A DNA stretch of 64,000 nt. Origin: an uncultured Methanosarcinales archaeon (GTDB lineage: Archaea; Nanobdellota; Nanobdellia; Woesearchaeales; GW2011-AR9). Position 1 is the first letter of the stretch. Every line of letters starts with the position of its first letter. Below, piece after piece: positions 55,173 through 64,000 of the stretch. Location: positions 10,491 through 74,490 of the forward strand of contig CAYHXT010000001.1 in NCBI GenBank assembly GCA_964360675.1, read 5' to 3'. The notes beneath the pieces are model-generated. The model saw only the letters and a program-made list of their open reading frames with translations, made no database searches and had not been told where the DNA came from. Position numbers and translations under genes: made by a program.

Positions 55173-56213
55173 ATGGTTCTTGAGAATCTAGCTATGGACT
55201 TTTTAAAAATTTCCTGCCCCATCTGCGGTTCTGATGAACATTCGTTAGTCTCCAACAAGGGCCAGTTCAATATCAAATTATATGCCTCGTTATGCAAACA
55301 ATGCGGATTGATGTATCTAAATCCAAGATGGTCTAAAAGTTCTTATGACCACTTTTATGCCAACCTTTATGACCACTTTTATAGGACTTCTAAATCTAAA
55401 AAAAATTTTCCGGAATTGTATTACGGTAAAATCAAACAGATCCACGGGAGGATGCTGAAAGAGGGCTTATTCCCTGCTAAAATAGAAAATGCGCTGGATA
55501 TAGGCAGCGGAGAAGGGTGGCCGCTGCTGTATCTTAAGGAAAATCATGAAAAAAGCGGGAAAAATACCCCTCTAAATCTTCATGCCATCGAACCTTCTTC
55601 ACGTTGTCTTAAAACTCTGAAAGAATTCGGAATAAATGTGATCTCTAACGATGTAGATTCTGATTGGCATAAAAAATATAAACATAAATTTGACTTCATA
55701 ATTATGAGGCATGTCCTAGAGCATTTCATGGATCCAGTCTCTGTGCTGAAAAAAGTATCTTCCTCATTAACAAAAGACGGTCTGGTGTATATCGCAGTGC
55801 CTAATTCGATGAATCCACAATTGCCGTTAAACAAGACTTTCTTCAGGGCAGTGCACACTTTTTATTTTTCCAGGATCTCTTTGCATAACGTAATAAATCT
55901 TTCAAATCTGGAGATTATGCACTTATCAGCGAGTCCTAAAGATAGTCCTCATGAGATATATGCCCTGTGCAGAAAGTCAAGAAAAGCGGTTCCTCCGGTA
56001 ATCCTAAATGATGAGTTTTTTTTACAGAAAGAAGTGTTATCTAATTCATATAAAAAAGAAAAATCATTTAAGTTTAAGATTGATAATTCCATAAATAATT
56101 TAAAGAACCATACTAAAAGAAGGATTATAAAATTAATCCCTTCCGGGATAAAAAAGAGCAGTTATTTAAAAAAGGCGATTGGAATTTATCATCGTACAAA
56201 AATTATTAATTAA
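55173..56213 (+). CDS. SAM methyltransferase with N-terminal zinc ribbon
   Basis: CPICGSDEH...CKQCG, then LDIGSGEGW. 346 aa. Confidence 0.55.
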   Translation: MVLENLAMDFLKISCPICGSDEHSLVSNKGQFNIKLYASLCKQCGLMYLNPRWSKSSYDHFYANLYDHFYRTSKSKKNFPELYYGKIKQIHGRMLKEGLFPAKIENALDIGSGEGWPLLYLKENHEKSGKNTPLNLHAIEPSSRCLKTLKEFGINVISNDVDSDWHKKYKHKFDFIIMRHVLEHFMDPVSVLKKVSSSLTKDGLVYIAVPNSMNPQLPLNKTFFRAVHTFYFSRISLHNVINLSNLEIMHLSASPKDSPHEIYALCRKSRKAVPPVILNDEFFLQKEVLSNSYKKEKSFKFKIDNSINNLKNHTKRRIIKLIPSGIKKSSYLKKAIGIYHRTKIIN

Positions 56214-56235
56214 TCAAGTGGTAAGGGAGAGCGTA

Positions 56236-58317
56236 ATGAAAAAAATAGTTTGTGTTATTCCTGCGAGAGGCGGTTCTAAAGGAATTCCGAGGAAGAATAT
56301 CAAATCATTAGCTGGAAAACCTTTGATAAGTTATAATATCTCGGCTTCTAAGAATTCCGGGCATATAATTGAAACTTATGTTTCTACCGACGATCAAGAA
56401 ATAGCTGAAATTTCCAGTAATTTTGGCGCGAAGATTATTGATAGGCCGAAGGAATTTGCGACAGATACCGCAAGCAGCGAATCAGCATTGCTACATTTCG
56501 CAGAAAATGTAGATTTTGATGTGCTGGTCTTCCTGCAATGCACTTCTCCATTGACCAAAACCGAGGATATCGATGGGGCGATTGAAAAATATCTTTTCGG
56601 AAATTATGATTCTGTTCTTTCTGTCTGTGAAGATAGAGGGGGATTTCTTTGCGGCGGTTTTACTTGGGATGAAGATGGAAATTCAGTGAATTACGACTTT
56701 AAGAATAGAAAGCGCCGACAGCAGAATAAAAGATTCTATCGTGAAAATGGGGCGATTTATGTATTCAGCAAAGAAGGATTATTAAAACACAAAAATCGGC
56801 TGCATGAGAAGGTGGGTCTTTACGTAATGCCTTCGTTAAGATCTTTCGAGATAGATGAACCTGAAGATTTTCTAACTATTGAAAAATTATTTACAATTGA
56901 CAAAAGGCAGGATAATGTTAACAATAATAATTTCCATATGATAAAGATGGTCATTTTTGACTGCGACGGGGTACTTACTGATGGTTCAGTATATATGGAT
57001 CCTGACGGAAAGGAAACTTTGAGGTTCTCAAGAATAGACGGCCATGGAATAGGCATGTTAAATAAAGCAGGGTACATACTGGGTATCATCAGTTCTGAAA
57101 ATTCCGAAATCATCCGAAAAAGGGCTGAAAAGTTGAATATATCCGAAGTGTTTTTAGGAATTAAAGATAAATTAAAAATATATCAAGAATTAAAGGACAA
57201 ATATAATCTAAAAGATGGGGAAATATGTTACTGCGGAGACGACCTTTCTGATATGGAGATATTAAAGAAAGTAGGCCTGTCCTGCTGTCCATCCAATTCT
57301 CAACCAGAAGTTAAAGAGATATGTACTTTTGTTTCAGAATACGAAGGAAGCAATGGTTTTGTAAGGCAAGTATCAAATCTTATTTTAAAGAGCATAAAAT
57401 CAAAAGAGATATTAAATAAAGGTGATAAAGAAAAAATGAAAACACTAAAAATAAATGATGTGGAAATCTCAAATGAAAGCAAGCCTTTTTTCATCGCTGA
57501 AATAGGCATCAATCATAATGGTTCGATGGATCTTGCAAAAAAAATGATTGATCTGGCAGTCATTACCGGCGTAAACGCAGTTAAGTTTCAAAAAAGAACG
57601 GTAGAACTATGTGTGCCGGACAACGTTAAAAATTCCATGCGAGAAACCCCTTGGGGAAAAATGACTTATTTTGATTACAAAAAGAAAATTGAATTTGAAG
57701 AAGAAGAATACAAAGAAATAGACCGTTATTGCAAGGAGAAAGGAATACTTTGGACCGCTTCTGTCTGGGATATACCCAGCCTTGAGTTTATCGAAAGATT
57801 CAACGTGGCTTTCCATAAAATACCTTCTGCGTTATTAACCCATAAAGATTTATTATTAAAAATCAAAGAAACTGGAAAACCAGTTATCCTTTCCACAGGC
57901 ATGAGCACTGAAGAGGAAGTCTTAAAAGCAGTATCTTTATTTGGGGAGAATTATCCTTTGGCGATATTACATTGTAATTCCGGCTATCCGGCTAAAGAAG
58001 AAGAACTTAATTTAAATTACATACTGAATTTAAAACAAATGTTCCCAAATAACATCATCGGTTATAGCGGACATGAGAGGGGAATCTCAGCCACTTTGGT
58101 TGCTGCTACGCTTGGCGCAAAGATATTAGAAAGGCATATAACTTTAGATAGGTCTATGTGGGGCACTGATCAGGCCGCATCTATCGAATTCGATGGATTA
58201 AGGAGATTAGTAAGGGATTTAAATAGTTTAAATATCTGGTTTGGAAACGGAATTAAAACCGTAACAGAAACCGAAAAAACAGTTAGAGATAAATTAAGAA
58301 ATGTCAACACATTGTGA
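56236..58317 (+). CDS. tri-domain fusion: CMP-nonulosonate cytidylyltransferase (NeuA-like) + HAD-IIIA phosphatase (KdsC-like) + nonulosonic acid synthase (NeuB-like)
   Basis: MKKIVCVIPARGGSKGIPRKNIKSLAGKPLI (NeuA/KdsB motif). MVIFDCDGVLTDG and a later GDDLSD (HAD motifs). FFIAEIGINHNGSMDLAKKMID (NeuB N-terminus). AGGGAG SD upstream of the chosen ATG. Confidence 0.7.
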   Translation: MKKIVCVIPARGGSKGIPRKNIKSLAGKPLISYNISASKNSGHIIETYVSTDDQEIAEISSNFGAKIIDRPKEFATDTASSESALLHFAENVDFDVLVFLQCTSPLTKTEDIDGAIEKYLFGNYDSVLSVCEDRGGFLCGGFTWDEDGNSVNYDFKNRKRRQQNKRFYRENGAIYVFSKEGLLKHKNRLHEKVGLYVMPSLRSFEIDEPEDFLTIEKLFTIDKRQDNVNNNNFHMIKMVIFDCDGVLTDGSVYMDPDGKETLRFSRIDGHGIGMLNKAGYILGIISSENSEIIRKRAEKLNISEVFLGIKDKLKIYQELKDKYNLKDGEICYCGDDLSDMEILKKVGLSCCPSNSQPEVKEICTFVSEYEGSNGFVRQVSNLILKSIKSKEILNKGDKEKMKTLKINDVEISNESKPFFIAEIGINHNGSMDLAKKMIDLAVITGVNAVKFQKRTVELCVPDNVKNSMRETPWGKMTYFDYKKKIEFEEEEYKEIDRYCKEKGILWTASVWDIPSLEFIERFNVAFHKIPSALLTHKDLLLKIKETGKPVILSTGMSTEEEVLKAVSLFGENYPLAILHCNSGYPAKEEELNLNYILNLKQMFPNNIIGYSGHERGISATLVAATLGAKILERHITLDRSMWGTDQAASIEFDGLRRLVRDLNSLNIWFGNGIKTVTETEKTVRDKLRNVNTL

Positions 58318-59873
58318 GGTTTTTAAGAAAAATGATAAAAGAAGCAGATTTGTCTAATTTTAAGGTATTGATGTTATACCCTAATCAGCGTACAGTTAGT
58401 TTGGTTCCTCCTTCATTAGCTTTGTTCTCAAGCTTGTTAAAAGAGAGAAATGCTGAAGTAAAGCTGTTTGATACTACTTTTTATCGAATGGACTGTGAAG
58501 ATTCAGACAAAGCACGTGAGAAAAATCTGACAGTACATCCGGTAAATGAGGCTTCTTTAGTAATCGAATATCATAATGGAAATGTATTTGAAGACTTATG
58601 TAAAGTTGTAGAAGATTTCCGCCCAAATATAATCTTGGCAACAGCTACAGACAGCACTTTTCCTTTGGCTTTAGATCTATTCAAAGCAGTACAGAAATAT
58701 AAATCTCAATATCATTTTTTAACATTATTGGGTGGTGTTTTTGCTACCTTCGCTCCGGAAAGAAGCATAAGTTATCCTGAAATAGACATTATCTGCGTCG
58801 GTGAAGGAGAAGGTCCGCTCATAGATCTCTGCGATCGTCTGTGCAAAGGCGAATCATACGACGATATCCCTAATATCTGGTTGAAAACTAAAGAGGGAAC
58901 AATAGTAAAAAATAAAGTCCGGCCTCCAGCAGATATCAGTGAATTGCCTTCACCAGACTTCAGCATATTTGATGAGAAGAGGCTTTACAGGATGATGGGG
59001 GGTAAAGTGTATAAAATGCTGCCTATAGAGACCCATAGGGGCTGCCCTTATATGTGCACCTACTGCGGCTCTCCTACTCAAAATCGTTTTTATCTGGAAC
59101 AGACCAGCTCTAAATTTTATCGTGAAAAATCACTACGGGAAGTAAAGGAAGACTTATTGTTTCAAATTAAAAAATGGAAACCGACATACATTTTCTTTTG
59201 GGCAGATACTTTCTTAGCCTATAGCGAGGAAAAGATAGATGAATTCTGTGAATTCTATTCTAAAATCAAAATCCCTTTTTATTGCCAGGCAAGACCTGAG
59301 ACGATTACTGAATCTAAAATCATAAAATTGAAAGCCGTAGGCCTTGATCGTGTAGGCGTAGGCATAGAGCATGGCAACGAGCAGTATAGAAGCACCGTGC
59401 TTAAGAGGTATTACAAGAATTCGCAGGTCATAGAATGCATGGAGATTGTAAGAAAGCATGGCATAAGTTTCAGCCTTAATAACATTATCGGTCTTCCCGA
59501 TGAAACTCCGGAACTGGCCATGGATACTGTTGAACTTAACCGAAGCATAAAAGGTTTTGAAGATTCAAGCTGTTCTATCTTCCAGCCTTATTACGGCACC
59601 CCTTTAAGGGCTTTATGTGTGGAGAAAGGATATATCAGTCCCGACTTAATATGTCCGCATAACGCATCAGACTCTCTGTTGAACATGCCTAGTTTTCCTA
59701 AAGAAAGAATCTCCGGTTTAGCAAGAACTTTCAGCTTATATATCCGGCTACCAAAAGATAGATGGGATGAGATAAAAGTAGCTGAAAAATTCACGGAAGA
59801 AGGAAATGCGATGTTTGAAAAATTATCCCAAGAAGTCATAGAGAAGTTCTTTGTTCCGGAAAGCGATCTGTGA
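58314..59873 (+). CDS. B12-binding radical SAM enzyme (third paralog)
   Basis: RGCPYMCTYCGS CxxxCxxC motif after a B12-like N-domain. 519 aa. Confidence 0.75.
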   Translation: MRFLRKMIKEADLSNFKVLMLYPNQRTVSLVPPSLALFSSLLKERNAEVKLFDTTFYRMDCEDSDKAREKNLTVHPVNEASLVIEYHNGNVFEDLCKVVEDFRPNIILATATDSTFPLALDLFKAVQKYKSQYHFLTLLGGVFATFAPERSISYPEIDIICVGEGEGPLIDLCDRLCKGESYDDIPNIWLKTKEGTIVKNKVRPPADISELPSPDFSIFDEKRLYRMMGGKVYKMLPIETHRGCPYMCTYCGSPTQNRFYLEQTSSKFYREKSLREVKEDLLFQIKKWKPTYIFFWADTFLAYSEEKIDEFCEFYSKIKIPFYCQARPETITESKIIKLKAVGLDRVGVGIEHGNEQYRSTVLKRYYKNSQVIECMEIVRKHGISFSLNNIIGLPDETPELAMDTVELNRSIKGFEDSSCSIFQPYYGTPLRALCVEKGYISPDLICPHNASDSLLNMPSFPKERISGLARTFSLYIRLPKDRWDEIKVAEKFTEEGNAMFEKLSQEVIEKFFVPESDL

Positions 59874-60033
59874 TTTAATCTCTTGCAGAAGTTAAGAGAA
59901 ATGTTAAAGTTTCTGTAAAGAAAGACTATTTTAATTTATATCTTATTGCCATGATTATCGCATGGTTTGCGTATGTTATATATTATGAATGGGAGAAGAA
60001 AAGGAGATAAGGGGCCAATCAATAGATTTTCAT

Positions 60034-60972
60034 TCATTCCTTCACCGCGTGGATGAGCATCGCGGTAGGGGATAGCTTTTTGCTGCGGACCATGTATCCG
60101 TCCAGGAATTTAAGAAAGGCCGCAAGTTGATGAGCATTCTCGCCTCTTATCCCCCCGATTATCTTATCGATAAAAGAGTTTGAATAATCGATGCTCTTGA
60201 TATTAAAATGTTCTTCCACGGTTTTCAGGATGACTTCTTCAGAGTCGGTGATATTGTCCATCGGAGACTGTTCGTGCTCTTCCAGATATTTTATCTCATT
60301 ATATATCTCATCTACATAGTTATTCCATTCTTCATCACTATTAAGGTGGTTTAATTTTTTGTCATAATCTATCCAAGTAGGCAGAATCGCTCTCATAAGA
60401 GCTAAAAATTCGGCCGAATCACGAGTGATATTGTTCCTTATAGGTTCAAAAATAATGATATTACCTCCTTTCTTCAATGAAGCAGATAATTTTCCCATCA
60501 ACGATTTAACTTCTGGAAGATGATGAAGAGATCCAAAGAACACAATAGTATCAAAATAATCTTTTTCTAAACTCATGGTAAGAATATTGTCATTGGCATA
60601 TCTTAAAGAACCGAAATTGTCCTTGAATTTATTTTCAGAAAGGAATTCTTCAGCGATCTCAATGCTTTTTTCAGAGACATCTATTCCGACCACATCAAGC
60701 CCATTCCTGGCCAATTCTAAACTGAGATAACCCATTCCGCAGCCGACTTCCAGAACATTCCCGCCCCGTTTTCTGGCGGTATCAATCATAAAATTAAAAA
60801 TCGGCATCAGATGGATATCTACTAATTTTGGGTCTCTCCAGACATTGTTATAGAACCAATCTACTTTTTTGAGTTTCCTTAGATCAGGTACAAAACCGTT
60901 TTTTATCCTCTCAATATTATTCCTGTCGAATTCCTTAGCTTCTTCTTTTATCTTTTCTTTGTAATTGTCCAT
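60034..60972 (-). CDS. class I SAM-dependent methyltransferase
   Basis: VLEVGCGMGYLSLELA motif. 312 aa. Confidence 0.7.
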   Translation of the reverse strand: MDNYKEKIKEEAKEFDRNNIERIKNGFVPDLRKLKKVDWFYNNVWRDPKLVDIHLMPIFNFMIDTARKRGGNVLEVGCGMGYLSLELARNGLDVVGIDVSEKSIEIAEEFLSENKFKDNFGSLRYANDNILTMSLEKDYFDTIVFFGSLHHLPEVKSLMGKLSASLKKGGNIIIFEPIRNNITRDSAEFLALMRAILPTWIDYDKKLNHLNSDEEWNNYVDEIYNEIKYLEEHEQSPMDNITDSEEVILKTVEEHFNIKSIDYSNSFIDKIIGGIRGENAHQLAAFLKFLDGYMVRSKKLSPTAMLIHAVKE

Positions 60973-60982
60973 TTTTAAGAAC

Positions 60983-62542
60983 CTATCTTAATGATTTTTT
61001 GATGATATTATAAATCCTTTTATGGCCATTTCCATCCACTTTATAAAAGTTATCTTTGACATATTTATCTCTGCGGGCCTTATTTGATTTGAGGTTGAAA
61101 CCTTCTAAGAAGCGGCTAATCTTATCTAAAATTTGGCTTGTATCAATAAGGTATAAAGAGATTTCCTTGTTTATGTATCTGGCACCACCCCAGTCTTGTT
61201 GGTTGATGTTGTTAAATAAATCCAATAGTATTATCGGTTTATTAAGTATGGTGGCAGCGCATAAAGTTGTTGAATAGATGCCAATCACTAAATCAGCCTG
61301 ATCAATCAGTTCATAAGTATCGGCCTCTTTTTGGATATCGACCCGCCCATTGTCTTTTAAAAAATAGATATAACCTTCTTTATCTTCCAGAGGATGCAAT
61401 TTAATTGTTTTTTTAGATTCCTCAAATAAGCTGAATATTCTAGACAAATGTTCCATAAATAACTCTTTCTGCTCGGCGTTCCATATATTTAACTCTAAAA
61501 ACGGCTGGGTCAATACTAAAATGTTTTTAACCTCTTTTATGCTCTTAAGTTGGGATTTTTTATATTTCAACAGATCATCAAACATCAAAGGACCAGTGAC
61601 TTGTATTTTCTCTTTATCACATCCTAATTCAATCAAGTTCTTTTTATATCTCTCTCCGAAAACTAATATATTGGTGGAATATAATTCCATAGAGAGAACT
61701 CCTTCTCCTATCCCGTGCTGTATGTAATATACCAAGAGATGGTTGTTTTTAGCGATGGCTATAGCGCATCTTTCAGCAAGGCTATTGACTGCCGTAAGCA
61801 CAATTGCCTTAATATCACGTTCTTTGACTATCTTTTTCAGAAGTTCATAATAAAGAACGAGAAGATACAGAAATTCTTTTGAGAAATAAAAATCGAGGGG
61901 ATGCTTAAAATAAGACCAAGCCGATTTGCCGCCGATAGTTATTAATTCCTGTTTGTGCTCTTCGGATAATTGTTTCCACTTATAAAATAATTCTCTTGAA
62001 CTATTTTTTGCCTTCTCATGAATAGCAGTATCATAATAATTGTAAATATTATTCTTATCTTTAATCAGGTCATAGGTGTTTTTAGACAGAGGATCAACAA
62101 ATAAGACAAAATCATTAAAGCCGGCATCATCCTTAAAATCATCGATCAAATTCTGGAGACGGTCAATTTTCCATTCTTTAGAAAGATGGTTGGTATAAGT
62201 TATGAACATGACATTGTTTTCTTTACTCAAACTAGCCTCGCTTGAAGTTCTTTTCCTGATTTTGTTTTTCTCGTTTAAAAGAAGATATTTGGCCATCAAT
62301 TTGGCAGTCAGCGATAACTTCTTTTGTTCGTACAGCCCTAATGGCTTATCCTCTTTAAAATTCTTATAAGTGTTTATCTTTGCTGGAAGGACATGTTCAG
62401 CTAAGAATCTTTCCAAGAACCACCACAGCGGTGTACCTTCTATCTGAAACAGTTCATCAAAACTATTTCCTCCAATGATCTTCTTTTTTGACCAGTTATC
62501 CGATGATAGATCCAATAGATTCATTTTATAAGCTTCCCCCAA
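60983..62542 (-). CDS. TagF-like CDP-alditol phosphotransferase candidate (Glyphos_transf-like C-domain)
   Basis: ILVLTQPFLE (compare TagF ILYAPTFRE) and DLVIGIYSTTLCAATILNKPIILLD (compare the TagF D-YSS...L.KP.I motif). 519 aa. Confidence 0.4.
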   Translation of the reverse strand: MGEAYKMNLLDLSSDNWSKKKIIGGNSFDELFQIEGTPLWWFLERFLAEHVLPAKINTYKNFKEDKPLGLYEQKKLSLTAKLMAKYLLLNEKNKIRKRTSSEASLSKENNVMFITYTNHLSKEWKIDRLQNLIDDFKDDAGFNDFVLFVDPLSKNTYDLIKDKNNIYNYYDTAIHEKAKNSSRELFYKWKQLSEEHKQELITIGGKSAWSYFKHPLDFYFSKEFLYLLVLYYELLKKIVKERDIKAIVLTAVNSLAERCAIAIAKNNHLLVYYIQHGIGEGVLSMELYSTNILVFGERYKKNLIELGCDKEKIQVTGPLMFDDLLKYKKSQLKSIKEVKNILVLTQPFLELNIWNAEQKELFMEHLSRIFSLFEESKKTIKLHPLEDKEGYIYFLKDNGRVDIQKEADTYELIDQADLVIGIYSTTLCAATILNKPIILLDLFNNINQQDWGGARYINKEISLYLIDTSQILDKISRFLEGFNLKSNKARRDKYVKDNFYKVDGNGHKRIYNIIKKSLR

Positions 62543-63870
62543 CTGCCATTAATAATTTTCCAGACATTTTCATTGAGATTTCCATCATTTTCCATCCTTG
62601 TTGCTTTTACAAGTGTTATTAAATGGGAGTAGTTTTCTATCTGTCTTTTAAGGTATGGGGCTGGCATAGCTTCTCTTTGGATCTGATCGACCTCTTTTCT
62701 GTTTTCATCTACTTTTTTCCGGTTGATGATTGTATTTAATTCTACATCCAAAATATAAGAGAAATCTGGTTTAGGAAACAGTTTTAATAATCTCCTTAAA
62801 ACCAAGCTATTTTTGGCATAAGGGTACTGCCCATAAAAATCATAAAAATATCTATCTGTTATAACTAACTCTCCCCTCTTCAGCGAGGGCCTGATGTTTT
62901 TCATGTAGCGGTAATAAAACTCAGTAAAAGAATATAAAAATAATAATTCCTGAAATAAATCAAATCTCTTAATCTCCTCGCGATAATTAATGCTTTTGAA
63001 AAGTGAATTGTCCCGTCTTTTAAACAATTTAGAGAGCAATCTGGTAAGGGGCATTTCAGGCTTCCAGCCAAAATAATAATAATGCGGTCTTACACCTAAA
63101 TGTTTAGTAAGCTCTTCATATCTTTCTAAAGTTCTTCGCGAGAGTGTACTTTTACCGCTGCCATTGACGCCGCTTAGTGTGATTAGGCAGCCCTTTCTTC
63201 TGAAATCTACTTTTCGCAGTAAAGCCATAAACACTTTTTTAGAGAGATAGAGTACTGTAGAAGGTTCTTGTGATAATTTGCATAGCCATGAAATAAAAAT
63301 GCCCCCTTTGTCAAGCTGATATTTACATAAAATGACTTTCTTGAATCCAATTTCCCAGCGGTTCTTTACTAATTGCTGTTTAATATAATCGCAGTCTATA
63401 CCGGAATCATTGATTCTGTCCAATATGTCCTTCTCTTTTTCCGTGATCCTGAAATTTTCAAAAATAATATGTCCGGCATGAATCAAGATGGAATCTTCAA
63501 TGCTGGGAATTATAATCAGTGGGGCAATTATTTTTTTTCTTTCAAATACCGGTATCTTATCTAATGCCTTAATACCATGCCAAGCGATCTCTCTGTGAAG
63601 GTGGACGGAAATCAGCCGATCATTGACTAATCCGCAATACATCCGTTTATATCTCTCTATTTTTTCAGACAGTCTCAAAAGAAATCCTTTTTCTTCTAAT
63701 AAATCAGCTGCTTTCCTGTAATCTTTATCGGTCTCAAAAAGGATATCCAGGTTCTTGTTCTGGCCTTTAAAAATATGCTCGCATTTGAAGAGGATATAAC
63801 TTAAACTATTCCGATTAAACAATTCAATAATGTTCATCAGTTCTGGCGTGGTTTTGTGATACCTATCCAT
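62521..63870 (-). CDS. two-domain protein: uncharacterised N-domain + thymidylate-kinase-like P-loop domain (paralog of 48171-49475)
   Basis: ITLSGVNGSGKST Walker A and VITDRY. The N-domain is similar to its paralog. Confidence 0.4.
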   Translation of the reverse strand: MDRYHKTTPELMNIIELFNRNSLSYILFKCEHIFKGQNKNLDILFETDKDYRKAADLLEEKGFLLRLSEKIERYKRMYCGLVNDRLISVHLHREIAWHGIKALDKIPVFERKKIIAPLIIIPSIEDSILIHAGHIIFENFRITEKEKDILDRINDSGIDCDYIKQQLVKNRWEIGFKKVILCKYQLDKGGIFISWLCKLSQEPSTVLYLSKKVFMALLRKVDFRRKGCLITLSGVNGSGKSTLSRRTLERYEELTKHLGVRPHYYYFGWKPEMPLTRLLSKLFKRRDNSLFKSINYREEIKRFDLFQELLFLYSFTEFYYRYMKNIRPSLKRGELVITDRYFYDFYGQYPYAKNSLVLRRLLKLFPKPDFSYILDVELNTIINRKKVDENRKEVDQIQREAMPAPYLKRQIENYSHLITLVKATRMENDGNLNENVWKIINGSWGKLIK

Positions 63871-64000
63871 TATTTTTTAACTATAAGGTCATTATACACT
63901 TGACCATATTCTTCCTCAAATTTTTTTTTAGAAAATTTACTCTCAGCAACTTTTCTGCAGTTCTGCTGATAATGATTATAATTTTTCTTCAGTTTTTTTA

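Noticed and set aside
55340-55390. Short direct repeat TTATGACCACTTTTAT...TTATGACCACTTTTAT
   Set aside because: It lies inside the methyltransferase CDS and simply encodes a duplicated YDHFYAN/YDHFYRT peptide. It is not a CRISPR or regulatory repeat.
59952-60011. 19-codon ORF (MIIAWFAYVIYYEWEKKRR) in the convergent intergenic region between the radical SAM and methyltransferase genes
   Set aside because: No convincing SD. It is too short to evaluate, and it could be chance in AT-rich DNA.
1-64000. CRISPR arrays, transposases, integrases, phage or defence-system genes
   Set aside because: I scanned for regularly spaced direct repeats and for recombinase, HNH or Cas-like translations in the ORF track. 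None were found except the intein endonuclease. The only repeat structure is the palindrome array at 35471-35647.

Overview
This 64 kb AT-rich window (about 35-40% GC by eye) appears bacterial. Strong GGAGG-type ribosome-binding sites, a CspA-type cold-shock gene and frequent ATGA stop/start overlaps support that. Essentially the whole window is one large cell-surface glycan and polyol-phosphate biosynthesis and modification locus, with about 55 genes in long co-directional operons. I found no phage, transposase or CRISPR content. The only mobile-element sequence is an intein inside a sugar aminotransferase gene.

Recognisable content:
- Three GT-C (ArnT/PMT-like) membrane glycosyltransferases, each near a DPM1/ArnC-like GT2.
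- UDP-GlcNAc 2-epimerase, UDP-ManNAc-type dehydrogenase, two GDP-mannose 4,6-dehydratases, several sugar-1-P nucleotidyltransferases and a GDP-mannose Nudix hydrolase.
- Six class I SAM methyltransferases and three paralogous B12-binding radical SAM enzymes next to a ferredoxin-like gene.
- A NodU/CmcH-type carbamoyltransferase, two Wzx-like flippases, and TagD-like, TagF-like and CDP-alcohol phosphatidyltransferase components.
- An orphan 5S rRNA.

The most striking items:
1. A gene set matching the Campylobacter phosphoramidate-donor pathway (PEP-synthase-like kinase, GATase1-type hydrolase, cytidylyltransferase, APS-kinase-like kinase), rearranged and fused, and interleaved with a complete sulfation module (ATP sulfurylase fused to a full pyruvate-kinase barrel, sulfotransferase, CysQ).
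2. A 395-aa intein carrying a DUF559/Vsr-like endonuclease inside a DegT-family sugar aminotransferase.
3. Several multi-domain fusions that put whole pathways in one polypeptide: GDP-mannose pyrophosphorylase + eukaryotic-type phosphomannomutase + PMI cupin; NeuA + HAD phosphatase + NeuB; C-methyltransferase + GDP-mannose dehydratase.
4. A tandem array of five or six distinct near-perfect palindromes in a 200-bp intergenic leader.

All functional calls rest on motif-level recognition in the supplied translations. No database search was run.
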